Below are positions 9,445-19,634 of a stretch of 64,000 nucleotides of DNA, piece after piece; position 1 is the stretch's first letter; every line of letters starts with the position of its first letter. Origin of the DNA: Angustibacter luteus (lineage in GTDB: Bacteria; Actinomycetota; Actinomycetes; Actinomycetales; Angustibacteraceae); the NCBI RefSeq assembly GCF_039541115.1, contig NZ_BAABFP010000002.1, forward strand, positions 744,001 through 808,000, in the 5' to 3' direction. Both the position numbers and the translations under genes were made by a program. The notes under the pieces were generated by a model. It saw only the letters and a program-made list of their open reading frames with translations. It made no database searches and was not told the origin of the DNA.

Positions 9445-10020
9445 ATGGCTGTCATCGCCACCATCTCCAGCAGTCCCTCCCCCACCTCCAGGACCGACGC
9501 CGTGCTCGCGGACGTGACCCACCGCCTGCAGCGCGACGGGCACGTCGTCGTCCCGATCGTGCTGCGAGACCTCCCCGCCCAGCCACTGCTGCACGGGGTC
9601 GCGGACGACCCGGCGGTCGCCGCCGCAGTGGCCGCACTCGAGGCGGCCGATGCCGTCGTCGTCACCACTCCGGTCTACAAGGCGGCGTACAGCGGGCTGC
9701 TCAAGACGTTCCTCGACCTGTTGCCGCAGTTCGCGTTGCGCGGCAAGGTCGTCCTGCCGCTGGCCACCGGCGGTGCCCAGGCCCATGTGCTGGCCGTCGA
9801 CTACGCCCTGCGGCCCGTGCTGGCCAGCCTGGCGCCGAGCGCCATCACCCCCGGGTGGTTCGTCCTGGCCTCCCAGGTCACCGTCTTCGACAGTGGCGAT
9901 GCCGTCATCGACGAGGACGCCGCGCGACCCCTGCGCGAGGTGACCGGCATCTTCCTCGATGCCGTCGCCGGCGCTTCTCTGCTCACCGTGCCAGCCGCTC
10001 GCCGCGAAGCGGTCGCGTGA
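9445..10020 (+). CDS. ssuE: NADPH-dependent FMN reductase
   Basis: SPSPTSRT, TPVYKAAYSGLLKTFLDLLPQ, LATGGAQAHVLAVDYALRPVL; RBS GAAAGGA. Confidence 0.9.
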   Translation: MAVIATISSSPSPTSRTDAVLADVTHRLQRDGHVVVPIVLRDLPAQPLLHGVADDPAVAAAVAALEAADAVVVTTPVYKAAYSGLLKTFLDLLPQFALRGKVVLPLATGGAQAHVLAVDYALRPVLASLAPSAITPGWFVLASQVTVFDSGDAVIDEDAARPLREVTGIFLDAVAGASLLTVPAARREAVA

Positions 10021-11066
10021 TGCGCCGCCTTGCGGTCCTTGCCGCCACCATCGCCGCCTCCATCGCCGGCACGCTCGCCCTCGGCACGCTCGCCGCCTGC
10101 TCGCTGCCCACCAGCGAAGCCAGCGAATCCAGCGACGGCAGTGGCGGTGTCACGCTCCGGTACCAGGGCAGCGCGAACTCCGTGAGCCTGCCCGAGCTCG
10201 CGGCCGACCTGGGCTACCTCCCCACCGTGAAGCTGAAGTGGGTCGGCAACACGATCAGCGGCCCGCAGGACATCCAGTCCGCGGCGACCGGTCAGACCGA
10301 CTTCGGCGGCGCCTTCGCCGGTGCCGTGGTGAAGCTCATCGACGCCGGCGCCCCGGTCAAGGCCGTCGTGAACTACTACGGCGAGGACGCCAAGTCCTTC
10401 AACGGGTTCTTCGTGCTCGACGGGAGCCCCATCCACTCGCCCCGCGACCTGATCGGCAAGAAGATCGCCGTCAACACCCTGGGCGCGCACGCCGAGGCCG
10501 TGATCGACACGTACCTGCAGCAGAACGGACTCAGCACCAGCGAGATCAAGCAGGTCCAGCTCGTCGTGCTGCCGCCCAACGACACCGAGCAGGCGCTGCG
10601 CCGCGGCCAGATCGACGTCGCCACCCTCAGTGGGGTGCTGCAGGACCACGCCGTCGCCTCCGGCGGCGTCCGGTCGCTGTTCAGCGACTACGAGCTGTTC
10701 GGCGCGTTCAACGGTGGCCAGTACGTGCTGCGCGACGACTTCATCGCGAAGCACCCGGCAGCGGCTAGGGAATTCGTCTCGGGGGTGGCGAAGGCCATCG
10801 AGTGGGAGCGCGCCACCCCGCGCAAGGACGTGATCGCCCGCTTCACCGAGATCATCAATCGGCGCGGCCGGAACGAGAAGACCGACAACCTCCAGTACTG
10901 GAAGAGCGTGGCCATCCCGTCGAAGGGCGGCGCGATCAGCGACGTCGACTTCACCCGCTGGCAGGCCTGGCTGGAGCAGTCCGGCATCGTCGGCCGGGGT
11001 GAGCTGAAGCCGGGCGAGCTGTACACCAACGAGTTCAACGCGCTCGCCCCCGGCGGTGGCTCATGA
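10020..11066 (+). CDS. ABC substrate-binding lipoprotein (SsuA/NitT/TauT family)
   Basis: Lipobox LAAC; DLIGKKIAVNTLGAH; operon context. Confidence 0.85.
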   Translation: MRRLAVLAATIAASIAGTLALGTLAACSLPTSEASESSDGSGGVTLRYQGSANSVSLPELAADLGYLPTVKLKWVGNTISGPQDIQSAATGQTDFGGAFAGAVVKLIDAGAPVKAVVNYYGEDAKSFNGFFVLDGSPIHSPRDLIGKKIAVNTLGAHAEAVIDTYLQQNGLSTSEIKQVQLVVLPPNDTEQALRRGQIDVATLSGVLQDHAVASGGVRSLFSDYELFGAFNGGQYVLRDDFIAKHPAAAREFVSGVAKAIEWERATPRKDVIARFTEIINRRGRNEKTDNLQYWKSVAIPSKGGAISDVDFTRWQAWLEQSGIVGRGELKPGELYTNEFNALAPGGGS

Positions 11067-11917
11067 CGGCCAAGATCTGCCTCCGCTCGGTGACCAAGGA
11101 GTTCCTGGTCCGCCCCAGCAGGGGTCAGTCCGCGGGCAGCGTGCTGCGCGCACTGGAGGACGTCACCCTCGACGTCCCCGACGGCCAGTTCCTCACCCTG
11201 GTCGGGCCGAGCGGGTCCGGCAAGACCACGCTGCTCGACCTCCTCGGCGGGCTCAGCTCCCCGACGTCGGGCGAGGTCCTGGTGGACGGGGCGCGCGTCG
11301 CGGGACCCGGACTGGACCGCGGCATCGTGTTCCAGCAGTACGCCCTCTTCCCGTGGCGCACCGCGCTGGCCAACGTGGAGTTCGGTCTCGAGCAGCAGCG
11401 GCTGCCCCGACGCGAACGCCGTGAACGGGCTCGCCAGCACCTCGACCTGGTCGGCCTGAACGGCTTCGAGGACCGCTACCCGCACGAGCTGTCCGGGGGG
11501 ATGAAGCAGCGCGTCGCCATCGCCCGGAGCCTGGCCTACCAGCCCAGCGTCCTGCTGATGGACGAACCGTTCGCTGCCCTCGACGCCCAGACCCGCGAGC
11601 AGCTGCAGGACGAGCTGCTGCGGATCTGGCGGACCACCGCGACGACCGTCGTGTTCATCACCCACGGCATCGAGGAGGCCGTCTACCTCGGGCAGCGGGT
11701 GGCCGTGCTGAGCTCGCGCCCGGGCCGGCTCAAGGCCCTGGTGGACGTCGACCTCGGCGACCGCGCCCTCGCTCAGGACGGGGCAGACCTGCGCGCCGAT
11801 CCGCGGTTCGTGGAGTACCGCCACCAGATCTGGGCGCTGCTGCACGACGAGGTCCGACGCGCCCAGGACGCCGGGCACCGCAAGATCCAGCCCGACGGCA
11901 CCGAGAGGGCGGCCTGA
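11063..11917 (+). CDS. ABC ATP-binding protein (SsuB/TauB-like)
   Basis: GPSGSGKTT, LSGGMKQRV, LLMDEPF. Confidence 0.92.
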   Translation: MTAKICLRSVTKEFLVRPSRGQSAGSVLRALEDVTLDVPDGQFLTLVGPSGSGKTTLLDLLGGLSSPTSGEVLVDGARVAGPGLDRGIVFQQYALFPWRTALANVEFGLEQQRLPRRERRERARQHLDLVGLNGFEDRYPHELSGGMKQRVAIARSLAYQPSVLLMDEPFAALDAQTREQLQDELLRIWRTTATTVVFITHGIEEAVYLGQRVAVLSSRPGRLKALVDVDLGDRALAQDGADLRADPRFVEYRHQIWALLHDEVRRAQDAGHRKIQPDGTERAA

Positions 11918-12816
11918 TGAGCACCGTGACCCTGGACCAGCAGCAGGGCGTCGACCGGTCGGCTGCGGACGCCTCGACGTCGAACCCGCCCCCGGTCGCC
12001 GCACCGGCCCACGGGAGATGGCGCGAGGTCGGCCGGCGAGGTCTGCGGCGGGCCCTGCGGGTGGCGTGGCACTCGGCCGCCCTGGTCGCCTTCCTGGTGC
12101 TGTGGGAGCTGGCGCCGCTGTACCTGATGGACTCCTCCCGACGCGTCTTCCTGCCGCCGCTGCACCAGGTGCTGCAGGCGACGTGGGGGCTGATCGAGAC
12201 CGGTCAGCTGCAGCAGCACCTGGCGGCCAGCCTGACCCGCGCGGTGCTGGGCTTCGGCTTCGCCGTGGTCGCCGGGATCAGCCTCGGCCTGCTGGTGGCC
12301 TGGTACGAGCCGCTGCGCCAGCTGATGACCCCGTTGCTGGAGCTGTTCCGCAACACCGCCGCGCTGGCCCTGCTGCCCGTGTTCGTGCTGCTGCTGGGCA
12401 TCGGCGAGGTGAGCAAGGTGGCGATCGTCGCGTACGCCAGCTTCTTCCCGGTGCTGCTGAACACCGTCGCGGGCGTGCGCACGGTCGACCCGCTGCTGGT
12501 CCGGGCCGCCCGGTCGCTGGGTCTGTCCAGCGTCCAGCTCTTCCGCAAGGTGATCCTGCCCTCGGCGGTCCCCACGATCTTCACCGGCATCCGGATGGCC
12601 GGCACGGCCTCGATCCTCGTGCTGATCGCCGCCGAGATGGTGGGGGCCAAGGCAGGCCTGGGCTACCTGATCGTCAACGCGCAGAGCAGCTTCCAGATCC
12701 CCGACATGTACGCCGGCATCCTCACCGTCTCGGTGCTCGGGCTGCTGGTCAACGTCGGCCTGGTCCGGCTCGAGCGGCACTTCTCCCGCTGGCGCGTCGA
12801 CGCCACCACCCGTTGA
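11917..12816 (+). CDS. ABC permease (SsuC/TauC-like)
   Basis: Hydrophobic; VRAARSLG..VILPSAVP EAA-like loop, AAEMVGA. Confidence 0.9.
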   Translation: MSTVTLDQQQGVDRSAADASTSNPPPVAAPAHGRWREVGRRGLRRALRVAWHSAALVAFLVLWELAPLYLMDSSRRVFLPPLHQVLQATWGLIETGQLQQHLAASLTRAVLGFGFAVVAGISLGLLVAWYEPLRQLMTPLLELFRNTAALALLPVFVLLLGIGEVSKVAIVAYASFFPVLLNTVAGVRTVDPLLVRAARSLGLSSVQLFRKVILPSAVPTIFTGIRMAGTASILVLIAAEMVGAKAGLGYLIVNAQSSFQIPDMYAGILTVSVLGLLVNVGLVRLERHFSRWRVDATTR

Positions 12817-12852
12817 CAGCCGCTGAACCTACCCCTGAGAGGACGCAAACCC

Positions 12853-14196
12853 ATGAGCAGCACCGAATCCGCCCCGCGAAGACTGCACCTGAATGCCTTC
12901 ATCATGGCCAACGGGCACCACGAGGCGGCCTGGCGGCACCCGGCCGTCGACCCGCGCGCCGCCCTGACCCTGCAGCACTACGTCGACATCGCCCGGACCG
13001 CCGAGCGCGGCCGCCTGGACTCGATCTTCCTCGCCGACGCCGTCGCCCTGCACGGCAACGTGAAGCACAACACGCACAGCGCGTTCGAGCCGCTGACCCT
13101 GCTGTCCGCGCTGGCGGCCTCGACGCAGCACGTCGGGCTGATCGCCACCGCGTCCACCACCTACAACCACCCGTACACGCTGGCCCGGGCGTTCGCCTCG
13201 CTGGACCACCTCAGCGGTGGCCGGGCCGGCTGGAATATCGTCACGTCGGCCGGGCAGGACGAGGCGCTGAACTTCGGCCTGCCCGGACGGCCGGACGGCC
13301 GGTACGCCCGGGCCACCGAGTTCGTCGAGGTCACCACGGCACTGTGGGACAGCTTCGACGACGCGGCGGTGCTGGCCGACAAGCGCACCGGGATCTACGC
13401 GGACACCGACCTGATCCGCCCCGTCGACCATCACGGCGAGCACTTCGACGTCCGCGGTCCGCTGAACATCCGACGGCCGGTCCAGGGGTATCCCCTGCTC
13501 GTGCAGGCGGGTTCGTCCGAGGCGGGCAAGGAGTACGCGGCCCAGTTCGCGGAGGCCGTCTTCACCGCGCAGCAGACCCTGAACGACGGGCGAGCGTTCT
13601 ACGCGGACCTCAAGGGCCGGTTGGCGAGCCACGGACGGCGCCCGGCCGAGCTGCTCGTCCTCCCCGGGATTAGCCCGGTGATCGGCCGAACCGAGGCCGA
13701 GGCCCACGCCAAGGAGGCCGAGCTCACGGCGCTGATCAGTCCGGCGTACGGACTGGCGCAGCTGTCGGCGATGCTCGACACCCGGCTGACCGAGGCCGAC
13801 CTGGATGGCCCGCTGCCGGACGTCGGCACCGCCACCGAGGGCAACCAGAGCCGGTTCACCCTGGTCACCGACCTGGCCCGGCGCGAGTCGCTGACCGTCC
13901 GCCAGCTGATCGAGCGGCTGGCCGGCGGCCGGGGCCACCGGGTCTTCGCCGGCACTCCGGAGCAGGTGGCGGACCAGATCGAGGAGTGGTTCACCGGCGG
14001 GGCGGCGGACGGCTTCAACGTGATGCCGCCGACGCTGCCCGGCGGCCTGACCGACTTCGTCGACCTCGTCGTCCCCGAGCTCCAGCGTCGGGGCCTGTTC
14101 CGCACCGAGTACGAGGGCTCGACCCTGCGCGAGAACTACGGGCTGGCCAGACCGGCCAACCGCCTGCACCACAACCAGAAGGAGACCGCAGCATGA
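12853..14196 (+). CDS. Flavin-dependent monooxygenase, NtaA/SnaA/DszA-type luciferase-like family
   Basis: IFLAD, FEPLTLL, TASTTYNHPY, SLDHLSGGRAGWNIVTS, QAGSS, DGFN. Confidence 0.9.
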   Translation: MSSTESAPRRLHLNAFIMANGHHEAAWRHPAVDPRAALTLQHYVDIARTAERGRLDSIFLADAVALHGNVKHNTHSAFEPLTLLSALAASTQHVGLIATASTTYNHPYTLARAFASLDHLSGGRAGWNIVTSAGQDEALNFGLPGRPDGRYARATEFVEVTTALWDSFDDAAVLADKRTGIYADTDLIRPVDHHGEHFDVRGPLNIRRPVQGYPLLVQAGSSEAGKEYAAQFAEAVFTAQQTLNDGRAFYADLKGRLASHGRRPAELLVLPGISPVIGRTEAEAHAKEAELTALISPAYGLAQLSAMLDTRLTEADLDGPLPDVGTATEGNQSRFTLVTDLARRESLTVRQLIERLAGGRGHRVFAGTPEQVADQIEEWFTGGAADGFNVMPPTLPGGLTDFVDLVVPELQRRGLFRTEYEGSTLRENYGLARPANRLHHNQKETAA

Positions 14197-15098
14197 CCAC
14201 CATCGCCACCGACCGAGACGTCCGCCGGCTCACCGGCCGCATCGGCGCCGAGATCCTCGGGGTCGACATCACCCGACCCCTCGACGCCGAGACCGTGTCG
14301 TTCCTGCGCACCGCGCTGCACGAGCGCAAGGCACTCGTCTTCCGGAACGCACCGCTGGACGACGACGGCCAGCAGCGTTTCGCCGCTCACTTCGGACCGC
14401 TGACCACGGCCCACCCCACGGTCGCGGCCGTCGAAGGCGCGCCGCGCGTCCTCCCGGTGGACAGCGAGCGTGGGGTGGCCAATCAGTGGCACACGGATGT
14501 CACGTTCGTGCAGGCCCCACCGTCGGCCACCACGTTGTCCAGCAAGGTCGTGCCCCCGTACGGCGGTGAGACGCTCATCGCCAACACCGGAGCCGCCTAC
14601 CGCGCCCTGCCCGAACCGCTGCGCGCGTTCGCCGACACGCTGTGGGCGGTGCACACCAACGACTACGACTACGCGCAGCCGCCGGAGGACGAGGACGACG
14701 CGGTGCGCGAGCGGCGGGCCGAGTTCACCTCGACCACGTTCGAGACCGCCCACCCCGTGGTACGCGTGCACCCGGAGACGGGCGAGCGGGGGCTGTACAT
14801 CGGCGGTTTCGCTCAGCGGATCGTCGGGCTGGGCAAGAGTGAGAGCCGGGACGTGCTCCGGCTGCTGCAGGCGTACGTGACACGACCGGAGAACGTCGTG
14901 CGGGTGGCCTGGGAGCCCGACCAGGTGGTGGTGTTCGACAACCGGATCACCCAGCACTACGCGGTGGACAACTACGACGGCCTGGCCCGGCGGTTGCACC
15001 GTGTGACGGTGGCCGGTCCGGTGCCGGTGGGCGTGAACGGCGAGACGAGCCGCGCCATCCGGGGCGACGCCACGCACTACAGCGGAGGCCCCGCCTAG
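14193..15098 (+). CDS. TauD/TfdA family Fe(II)/2-oxoglutarate dioxygenase
   Basis: WHTDVTF (HxD), HPVVRVHPETG, DNRITQHYA, RRLHRV. Confidence 0.92.
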   Translation: MTTIATDRDVRRLTGRIGAEILGVDITRPLDAETVSFLRTALHERKALVFRNAPLDDDGQQRFAAHFGPLTTAHPTVAAVEGAPRVLPVDSERGVANQWHTDVTFVQAPPSATTLSSKVVPPYGGETLIANTGAAYRALPEPLRAFADTLWAVHTNDYDYAQPPEDEDDAVRERRAEFTSTTFETAHPVVRVHPETGERGLYIGGFAQRIVGLGKSESRDVLRLLQAYVTRPENVVRVAWEPDQVVVFDNRITQHYAVDNYDGLARRLHRVTVAGPVPVGVNGETSRAIRGDATHYSGGPA

Positions 15099-15103
15099 CT
15101 CGG

Positions 15104-16108
15104 CTACCGCCGGTGGGACGGACCCGTCGAAGCATCCGGGTCCGGCCCGTCGGCGGTCGGGGCGGCAGCGACCGCCGCAGCGGCCTCCCGCGCGGCAGCC
15201 AGCGCCTTGTAGTGGTGCCACCGGCGGAAGACCCAGGACGCCCCGACGGTGGCGTTGACGATCAGCAGGGCGGCGTAGACGACCTGGAAGACCACCAGGT
15301 CATGGTGGTTGGGCGAGCCGATCCAGGCCTCCGTGTTCGGCCACTCCAGCGACCAGCCGCTGCCGTTCAATCCCTGGGTGATCAGGATCGCCCAGCCGTA
15401 CGACTGGTCCCACAGCGCGTGCAGGGTGACGATGCCGAGGCACGTCCAGACCAGGTTCCACGTGACGCGCAGCCGGCCGTCGGGACGGCTGGCTGCGAAG
15501 AGCGCGCCGCCGAACAGCGCGGTCCAGGTGATGTGGCCGAACGGCGCCAGGACCGCCCGGTTGATCTCGGTCTGCAGGATGTTGAGCACGGGGTGGTTCT
15601 GCTGGTGCTGGATCAGCGCGCTGAGCGCGTAGCCAGCACTCTCGAAGGCGGCGAAGCCCGCACCGACCGTGGCGCCGAACACCATGCCGTCGCGGGGTCG
15701 CCGGGTGGTCACCTTCCGCGCGACGAAGATGACCAGGAGCGCCTTGGTCGTCTCCTCGATGAGCCCGACCATGATGAAGGTGCCCTCGGCGGTCGGCAGC
15801 AGGTACGTCTCGACCAGCGCCGCGAAGACGACCCCGACCGAACCGCCCAGGATGAACGAGAGCATCAGCCAGTCCTCGGACAGCTGGTCCTCGCCCTCAC
15901 GGGTGAGCGCAAAGACCACCATCGTGATGGGCACGAGGAAGCTGCCCATCAGGATCAGCGTCGGCACCAGGATGTCGTCCGCGGTGACGGCGGTGATCAC
16001 TGCGCCGACGATCCAGATGAATGAGCCCAGCACGAGCACCCACACGAACGTGTAGCGGTGCACCGGGCGCGAGGAGTCCACCGTCACCTGTACTGCCTGA
16101 TCAGTCAT
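15104..16108 (-). CDS. PrsW family intramembrane metalloprotease
   Basis: GLIEETTK, GAGFAAFES, PFGHITWT, LHALWD. Confidence 0.85.
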   Translation of the reverse strand: MTDQAVQVTVDSSRPVHRYTFVWVLVLGSFIWIVGAVITAVTADDILVPTLILMGSFLVPITMVVFALTREGEDQLSEDWLMLSFILGGSVGVVFAALVETYLLPTAEGTFIMVGLIEETTKALLVIFVARKVTTRRPRDGMVFGATVGAGFAAFESAGYALSALIQHQQNHPVLNILQTEINRAVLAPFGHITWTALFGGALFAASRPDGRLRVTWNLVWTCLGIVTLHALWDQSYGWAILITQGLNGSGWSLEWPNTEAWIGSPNHHDLVVFQVVYAALLIVNATVGASWVFRRWHHYKALAAAREAAAAVAAAPTADGPDPDASTGPSHRR

Positions 16109-16206
16109 GGAGCCGAGCATCGCGCGGCGACGCGGGCGCGCACGTCACCCGTTGTGGATGACTCTCCCAGCCCGACGAGCCGCCGCCGAGACCGATCGGT
16201 CCTCGT

Positions 16207-17436
16207 TCATCCGCTATGTCCCTCCCGCTGGCCCATCCGGCGCTGCAGGCTCGGCCCCAGCGCGGCGGCCAGCCCGGCACAGGCGATCGACGCGACCAGC
16301 GCTCCGCCCCAGACCACCCAGCGACCGGCCTGCAGCGCGTAGGCGCCGAGGATCGGGCCGATGAACGCGCTGCCGCCGTAGGCGAGGCCGATGACGCCGT
16401 TGTAGCGGCCCCGCAGCCGGTCGGGGGAGATCGCGTTGATGAGCGTCGGCGCGACCGAGTTGACCCCGATCTCGCCGAGGCTCCAGACCGCGATGGTGCC
16501 TGCGTACGCCAGGGTGCTGTGGGCGAAGCCGGTGAGGAAGAAGCCGGCGCCCAGCAGGAGGATCGAGCCGACGTACAGCGGCACGGGCGGCAGCCGGCGC
16601 AGCTGCGGGAACGTGAACGGCTGCACCGCGATGATCACGACGGGGTTCACGGCGTACGCGAGGCCGTACCTGGCCGGCGAGAGGCCGTCCGCCCGCATGG
16701 CCAGCGGCAGCGCGACGTAGGCCTGGATGTAGACGCACGCCCCGACCAGGGTCAGCAGCCCGAGGGCCAGCAGCAGCCGGTCGCGCAGGACCTCGCCGTA
16801 CCCGCTCGTGTCGTGCTCCTCGCGCGGCGCCCGCGACTCCGGCACCCCACGGGCCACGAGCACCGCGAACACGACGCAGGTGACCGCGTCCAGCAGGAAG
16901 AGCAGCCACCAGCCGCGCTCGGCCAGCAAACCGCCCAGGACACCACTGACGGAGACCCCCAGGTTCACCGCCCAGTAGATGAGCCCGAACGCCCGGGGGC
17001 GGTCGGCCGGCTCGACGATCTCGGCCACGGCGGCCGAGATGGCCGGGCGGTAGACGTCCATCGCGACGCCGAGCAGGAACGCGCACACCGCGATCTGCCA
17101 CAGCTCGCGCGCCAGTCCCAGCGCGGCCAGCCCGGCCGCCGTGGCCAGCAGCCCCCAGATCAGCGTCGGACGGCGTCCGAACCGGTCGGCCAGCCAACCG
17201 CCGAGGACGGGTGAGACGAACAGGCCGGCGCCGAAGCACGACACGAGCGTGCCCGCCGTGGCCACCGACGTCCCGCGGCCACCCACGAGGTACAGCGACA
17301 GGAACGGCTGCACGAACTGGCCGACCCGGTTGACGATCGTGCCGGCGAACAGCACCCAGAACGGGCGCGGGAAGCCGCTGAAGGATCGGCCCCACCACGC
17401 CCGGACCCCGACCTGGGCCTGGAGGTTCTCGGACAC
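16207..17436 (-). CDS. MFS transporter
   Basis: GGWLADRFGRR motif A; multiple hydrophobic segments. Confidence 0.9.
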   Translation of the reverse strand: MSENLQAQVGVRAWWGRSFSGFPRPFWVLFAGTIVNRVGQFVQPFLSLYLVGGRGTSVATAGTLVSCFGAGLFVSPVLGGWLADRFGRRPTLIWGLLATAAGLAALGLARELWQIAVCAFLLGVAMDVYRPAISAAVAEIVEPADRPRAFGLIYWAVNLGVSVSGVLGGLLAERGWWLLFLLDAVTCVVFAVLVARGVPESRAPREEHDTSGYGEVLRDRLLLALGLLTLVGACVYIQAYVALPLAMRADGLSPARYGLAYAVNPVVIIAVQPFTFPQLRRLPPVPLYVGSILLLGAGFFLTGFAHSTLAYAGTIAVWSLGEIGVNSVAPTLINAISPDRLRGRYNGVIGLAYGGSAFIGPILGAYALQAGRWVVWGGALVASIACAGLAAALGPSLQRRMGQREGHSG

Positions 17437-17486
17437 GCGCCGACTCTAGGAGACACCTGCGACACGGAATTGACGCCAGCCAAGAC

Positions 17487-17505
17487 TTAGGTCAGGCTTA
17501 CCTAA
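17487..17505. promoter_or_regulatory. IdeR/DtxR/DmdR iron box TTAGGTCAGGCTTACCTAA
   Basis: 17/19 match to the consensus TTAGGTTAGGCTAACCTAA; upstream of bfd-bfr, just downstream of TTGACG (-35-like, 17470-17475). Confidence 0.85.
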
Positions 17506-17561
17506 GCCATCGAGGTGAGTCGGTGGCGCGACCACACCGACCGAGCAGGGGGACGACCAGC

Positions 17562-17774
17562 ATGATCGTCTGCCACTGCAAGGTCGTGAGCGACCGCGAG
17601 GTCGTCGCCGCCATCCAGGACGGCGCCCGCACGGTGCGTCAGATCTGCGGCGCCAGCGGGGCCGGCAAGGACTGCGGCGGCTGCGTCTTCTCCCTGAAGC
17701 GACTCCTGTGCGAGCATGGGGCGGTCCTCAGTGCCGTCTCACCCGTGCCGGAGGCCGAAGGTGCAGCCTGTTGA
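17562..17774 (+). CDS. bfd: Bacterioferritin-associated (2Fe-2S) ferredoxin
   Basis: MIVCHCKVVSD..AGKDCGGC, immediately before bfr. Confidence 0.85.
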   Translation: MIVCHCKVVSDREVVAAIQDGARTVRQICGASGAGKDCGGCVFSLKRLLCEHGAVLSAVSPVPEAEGAAC

Positions 17775-18249
17775 TTCCCGAGTCGTCGACCTGCTCAACG
17801 AAGCGCTCACGCTCGAGCTGACCGTCACCAACACGTACTTTCTGCACGCCCGCATGCTCGACAACTGGGGTCTGACCCGGCTCGGCAAGGTCTTCTACGA
17901 CCTGTCGATCGACGAGATGCGCGATGCGGACGAGCTGATCAACCGCATCCTGATGTTCGACGGGCACCCCAACGTGCAGCGGCTGGGCGCGATCACCGTC
18001 GGCGAGGACGCGGAGGAGATGCTGCGCCTCGCCCTGGACGGCGAGAAGGGCGCGGTCGCGGCGTTCAACGCCGCCGCCCAGGAGTGCCACGCCCTCGGTG
18101 ACCACGGCACCGCGGCCGTCTTCGAGGAGATGGTGCGCGACGAGGAGAAGCACGCCGACTGGTTCGAGAGCCAGCTCGACGCGATCGCCCGGGTCGGCGC
18201 ACCCCAGTACCTGGCCCAGCAGATCTCGGCGGGCGAGGGCCCCGGTTAG
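17761..18249 (+). CDS. bfr: Bacterioferritin
   Basis: LNEALTLELT..YFLHARM..SIDEMRDA..GHPNVQRLG..DEEKHADWFE. Confidence 0.9.
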   Translation: MQPVDSRVVDLLNEALTLELTVTNTYFLHARMLDNWGLTRLGKVFYDLSIDEMRDADELINRILMFDGHPNVQRLGAITVGEDAEEMLRLALDGEKGAVAAFNAAAQECHALGDHGTAAVFEEMVRDEEKHADWFESQLDAIARVGAPQYLAQQISAGEGPG

Positions 18250-18259
18250 CTCGACCCGG

Positions 18260-19159
18260 CTAGCGCCCGGCGGGCACCAGCTGCTCGACCGCCGCCACCA
18301 CCTCGGCCACCTGCTCGAACACGCCCTCCTGCGCGACGTTCGGCATGTTCACGATGGCCTCGTCGATGCCCAGCTCCGCCAGCCCGGCGAGCTGGTCGAC
18401 GACCTCCTGCACGCTCTGCCCCTCGGAGCCGCCGACGGACAGGTTCACGGTCCCGAGCGTCGTCCGGGTGATCTCGGCGTAGTCGCGCCCGACGTCGGCG
18501 CAGTGGCCCTGCAGCACGTCGAGCTTGTGCAGGATGCTGTCCCGGCCCGCCGAGAAGAGGTTGCAGGCGTCGGCGTACTGCGCGACCAGCCGCAGCGTCT
18601 TCCTCTCCCCCGACCCGCCCACCATGATCGGCGGGTGCGGCGTCGACAGCGCCTGCGGTGAGTTCAGTGGGCGCTCGAGCCGGTAGTGCTCGCCCTCGAA
18701 CGCGGACTCGTCACCGGCCCACATCTGGTGCGCGATCCGCAGCGTCTCCTCCAGCAGCTCGAAACGCTCCGACGTCGACGGGAACGGGACGCCGAGACCG
18801 CGGTGCTCCTCCTCGTTCCAGGCCGCACCGATGCCCAACCACGCGCGGCCACCGGACAGCACGTCCAGCGTGGTCACGGTCTTCACCAGCAGCCCCGGGT
18901 GCCGGTACGTCACGCCGGTGACCAGCGTGCCCAGCCGGACCCGCTCGGTGACCGCGGCGAGGTGGGCGAGCGTCGTGTAGCCCTCGAGCATGTCCTGCTC
19001 GGGCGGGCCCATCATCGAGATCTGGAAGAAGTGGTCCATCACGAAGATGCTCGACAGCCCGGCGTCCTCCGCCTCGCGGGCCACCCGGCGCAAGGTGGGG
19101 CCGAGTGCGGTGGGGCCGTCGGGAAAGGTGAACCAGGGGATCTGCAGTCCGAGTCGCAT
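18260..19159 (-). CDS. LLM class F420-dependent oxidoreductase
   Basis: FVMDHFFQI, LVTGVTYRHPG, LDVLSGGRAWLGIGAAW, GGSGERKTLRLVAQYAD. Confidence 0.9.
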   Translation of the reverse strand: MRLGLQIPWFTFPDGPTALGPTLRRVAREAEDAGLSSIFVMDHFFQISMMGPPEQDMLEGYTTLAHLAAVTERVRLGTLVTGVTYRHPGLLVKTVTTLDVLSGGRAWLGIGAAWNEEEHRGLGVPFPSTSERFELLEETLRIAHQMWAGDESAFEGEHYRLERPLNSPQALSTPHPPIMVGGSGERKTLRLVAQYADACNLFSAGRDSILHKLDVLQGHCADVGRDYAEITRTTLGTVNLSVGGSEGQSVQEVVDQLAGLAELGIDEAIVNMPNVAQEGVFEQVAEVVAAVEQLVPAGR

Positions 19160-19207
19160 GTCCCGAGTCTGCGCCCGATCAGTCGCGAGCGCGCGTCACC
19201 AGCTCGC

Positions 19208-19564
19208 TCACCAGTCGACACCGGCTGCGGCGAGCCCGGCCTCGATCTCCAGCCGGGCCACCGCGTTGAACGGCGCCTCCCCCGGCGGCAGCACCCCCAC
19301 GGCGCGGCAGGTGTCGCACAGGACCAGGTCGTAGGCCCGGGTCGCTGACTGGAGCCGGTGGAACAGCGCGGGTGTGCGCCGGTCGCTGACCCGCAGCCGG
19401 GCGATCTCGTCGTCCAGCCGGTGCAGCGTGGCGCACAGGTGCTGCAGCGAAGGAGGCACGGGCGACGGCAACGGCACGACGCGAGCTCCCAGGGCGCTCA
19501 GCGACGCCGCGCCGACGCGCGTGAGGAGCTGCCCGCTGCGGGCCGCGATGCCCATGGTCCCCAT
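19208..19564 (-). CDS. Hypothetical protein
   Basis: ORF fills the gap; ends AYDLVL..RLEIEAGLAAAGVDW; start uncertain. Confidence 0.55.
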   Translation of the reverse strand: MGTMGIAARSGQLLTRVGAASLSALGARVVPLPSPVPPSLQHLCATLHRLDDEIARLRVSDRRTPALFHRLQSATRAYDLVLCDTCRAVGVLPPGEAPFNAVARLEIEAGLAAAGVDW

Positions 19565-19634
19565 GGTGCTCCCGTCGGGGTGGCCCTCGCCACCGTGTTA
19601 GGTCAACGCGTCGGATCTGCGAGAATCTTCCCTC

